Origin: an uncultured Desulfatiglans sp. | GTDB lineage: Bacteria; Desulfobacterota; DSM-4660; Desulfatiglandales; HGW-15 | Assembly (NCBI GenBank): GCA_964499695.1 | Contig: CAZCMD010000003.1 | Coordinates: 12,842 to 76,841 of the forward strand | DNA length: 64,000 nucleotides | Direction of reading: 5' to 3' | In this document: in pieces, positions 63,886 to 64,000 of the stretch | How positions within the stretch are numbered: the first letter of the stretch is position 1 | Layout: every line of letters starts with the position of its first letter | Position numbers and translations under genes: made by a program | The notes under the pieces: model-generated | What the model saw: only the letters and a program-made list of their open reading frames with translations | Databases searched by the model: none | What the model was told of the DNA's origin: nothing

Positions 63886-64000
63886 ATGACAAATATTAAA
63901 AAAACATCACATGAATCGCTCCGGGTGCTCATTGTTGAAGACAATGAGGATATTGCCTCAAATATCGGTGACTACCTTGAGGATAAGGGCCACATTGTCG
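63886..64000 (+). CDS. partial response regulator receiver domain (N-terminus)
   Basis: Not in the ORF track because it runs off the right edge. MTNIKKTSHESLRVLIVEDNEDIASNIGDYLEDKGHIV is the typical REC-domain beta1-alpha1. Confidence 0.6.
   Translation, partial: MTNIKKTSHESLRVLIVEDNEDIASNIGDYLEDKGHIV

Noticed and set aside
1-64000. Defence systems, toxin-antitoxin pairs, prophage or secretion-system genes, tRNA/rRNA genes
   Set aside because: I looked through all intergenic gaps and unassigned ORFs and found no nuclease, ATPase or methylase combinations, no small adjacent TA-like pairs, no phage structural or integrase genes, and no tRNA-like cloverleaf sequences. The novelty in this window appears to be metabolic, envelope-related and structural (repeats), not immunity-related.

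Overview
This is a gene-dense 64-kb window with about 50 CDS. I recognised no rRNA, tRNA, CRISPR, transposase, integrase or phage genes. The host looks like a diderm, probably anaerobic bacterium: it has a TonB-dependent receptor, RND/OMF pumps, a sigma-54 activator, many Fe-S flavoproteins and several families of intergenic palindromes. All functional calls come from motifs read by eye; no database search was run. The window reads as an accessory catabolic island for plant polyphenols and esters, in six parts. (i) 3.6-13.5 kb: a PAS/sigma-54 activator lies divergent from an ABM-cyclase-Ycf48-like-RND-DUF1302-DUF1329 operon. (ii) 13.6-23.7 kb: a co-directional block carries URO-D-like, BKACE, SDR, hydroxyacyl-DH, MFS, PhlG/phloretin-hydrolase-like, a 279-aa chalcone-isomerase-sized protein, an Isf-like flavoprotein and an Fe-S enoate reductase. 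These families match the known anaerobic flavanone to phloroglucinol to acetoacetate route. (iii) 23.8-38.9 kb: two diverged copies of a TetR-linked module (ferredoxin + FrdA/AprA-like flavoprotein + small secreted protein) are present. Their two central genes are about 100% identical over 1,956 bp (offset 10,870 bp). Between the copies lie a Tat-exported FAD oxidoreductase, a TonB receptor, MATE and GPH transporters, and two gene stubs that mark rearrangement breakpoints. (iv) 39.3-53.7 kb: a GntR regulator precedes a ten-gene esterase/tannase/GH3/glycerol kinase/mutarotase run. (v) 53.7-57.0 kb: a three-gene opposite-strand block is bracketed by inverted copies of a MITE-like repeat. (vi) 57.3-64 kb: a PepSY-MipA fusion is followed by OMF-MFP-RND genes and a response regulator. 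The best candidates for undescribed biology are the sigma-54-controlled envelope system coupled to a ring hydrolase and the duplicated ferredoxin/flavoprotein/secreted-protein module.
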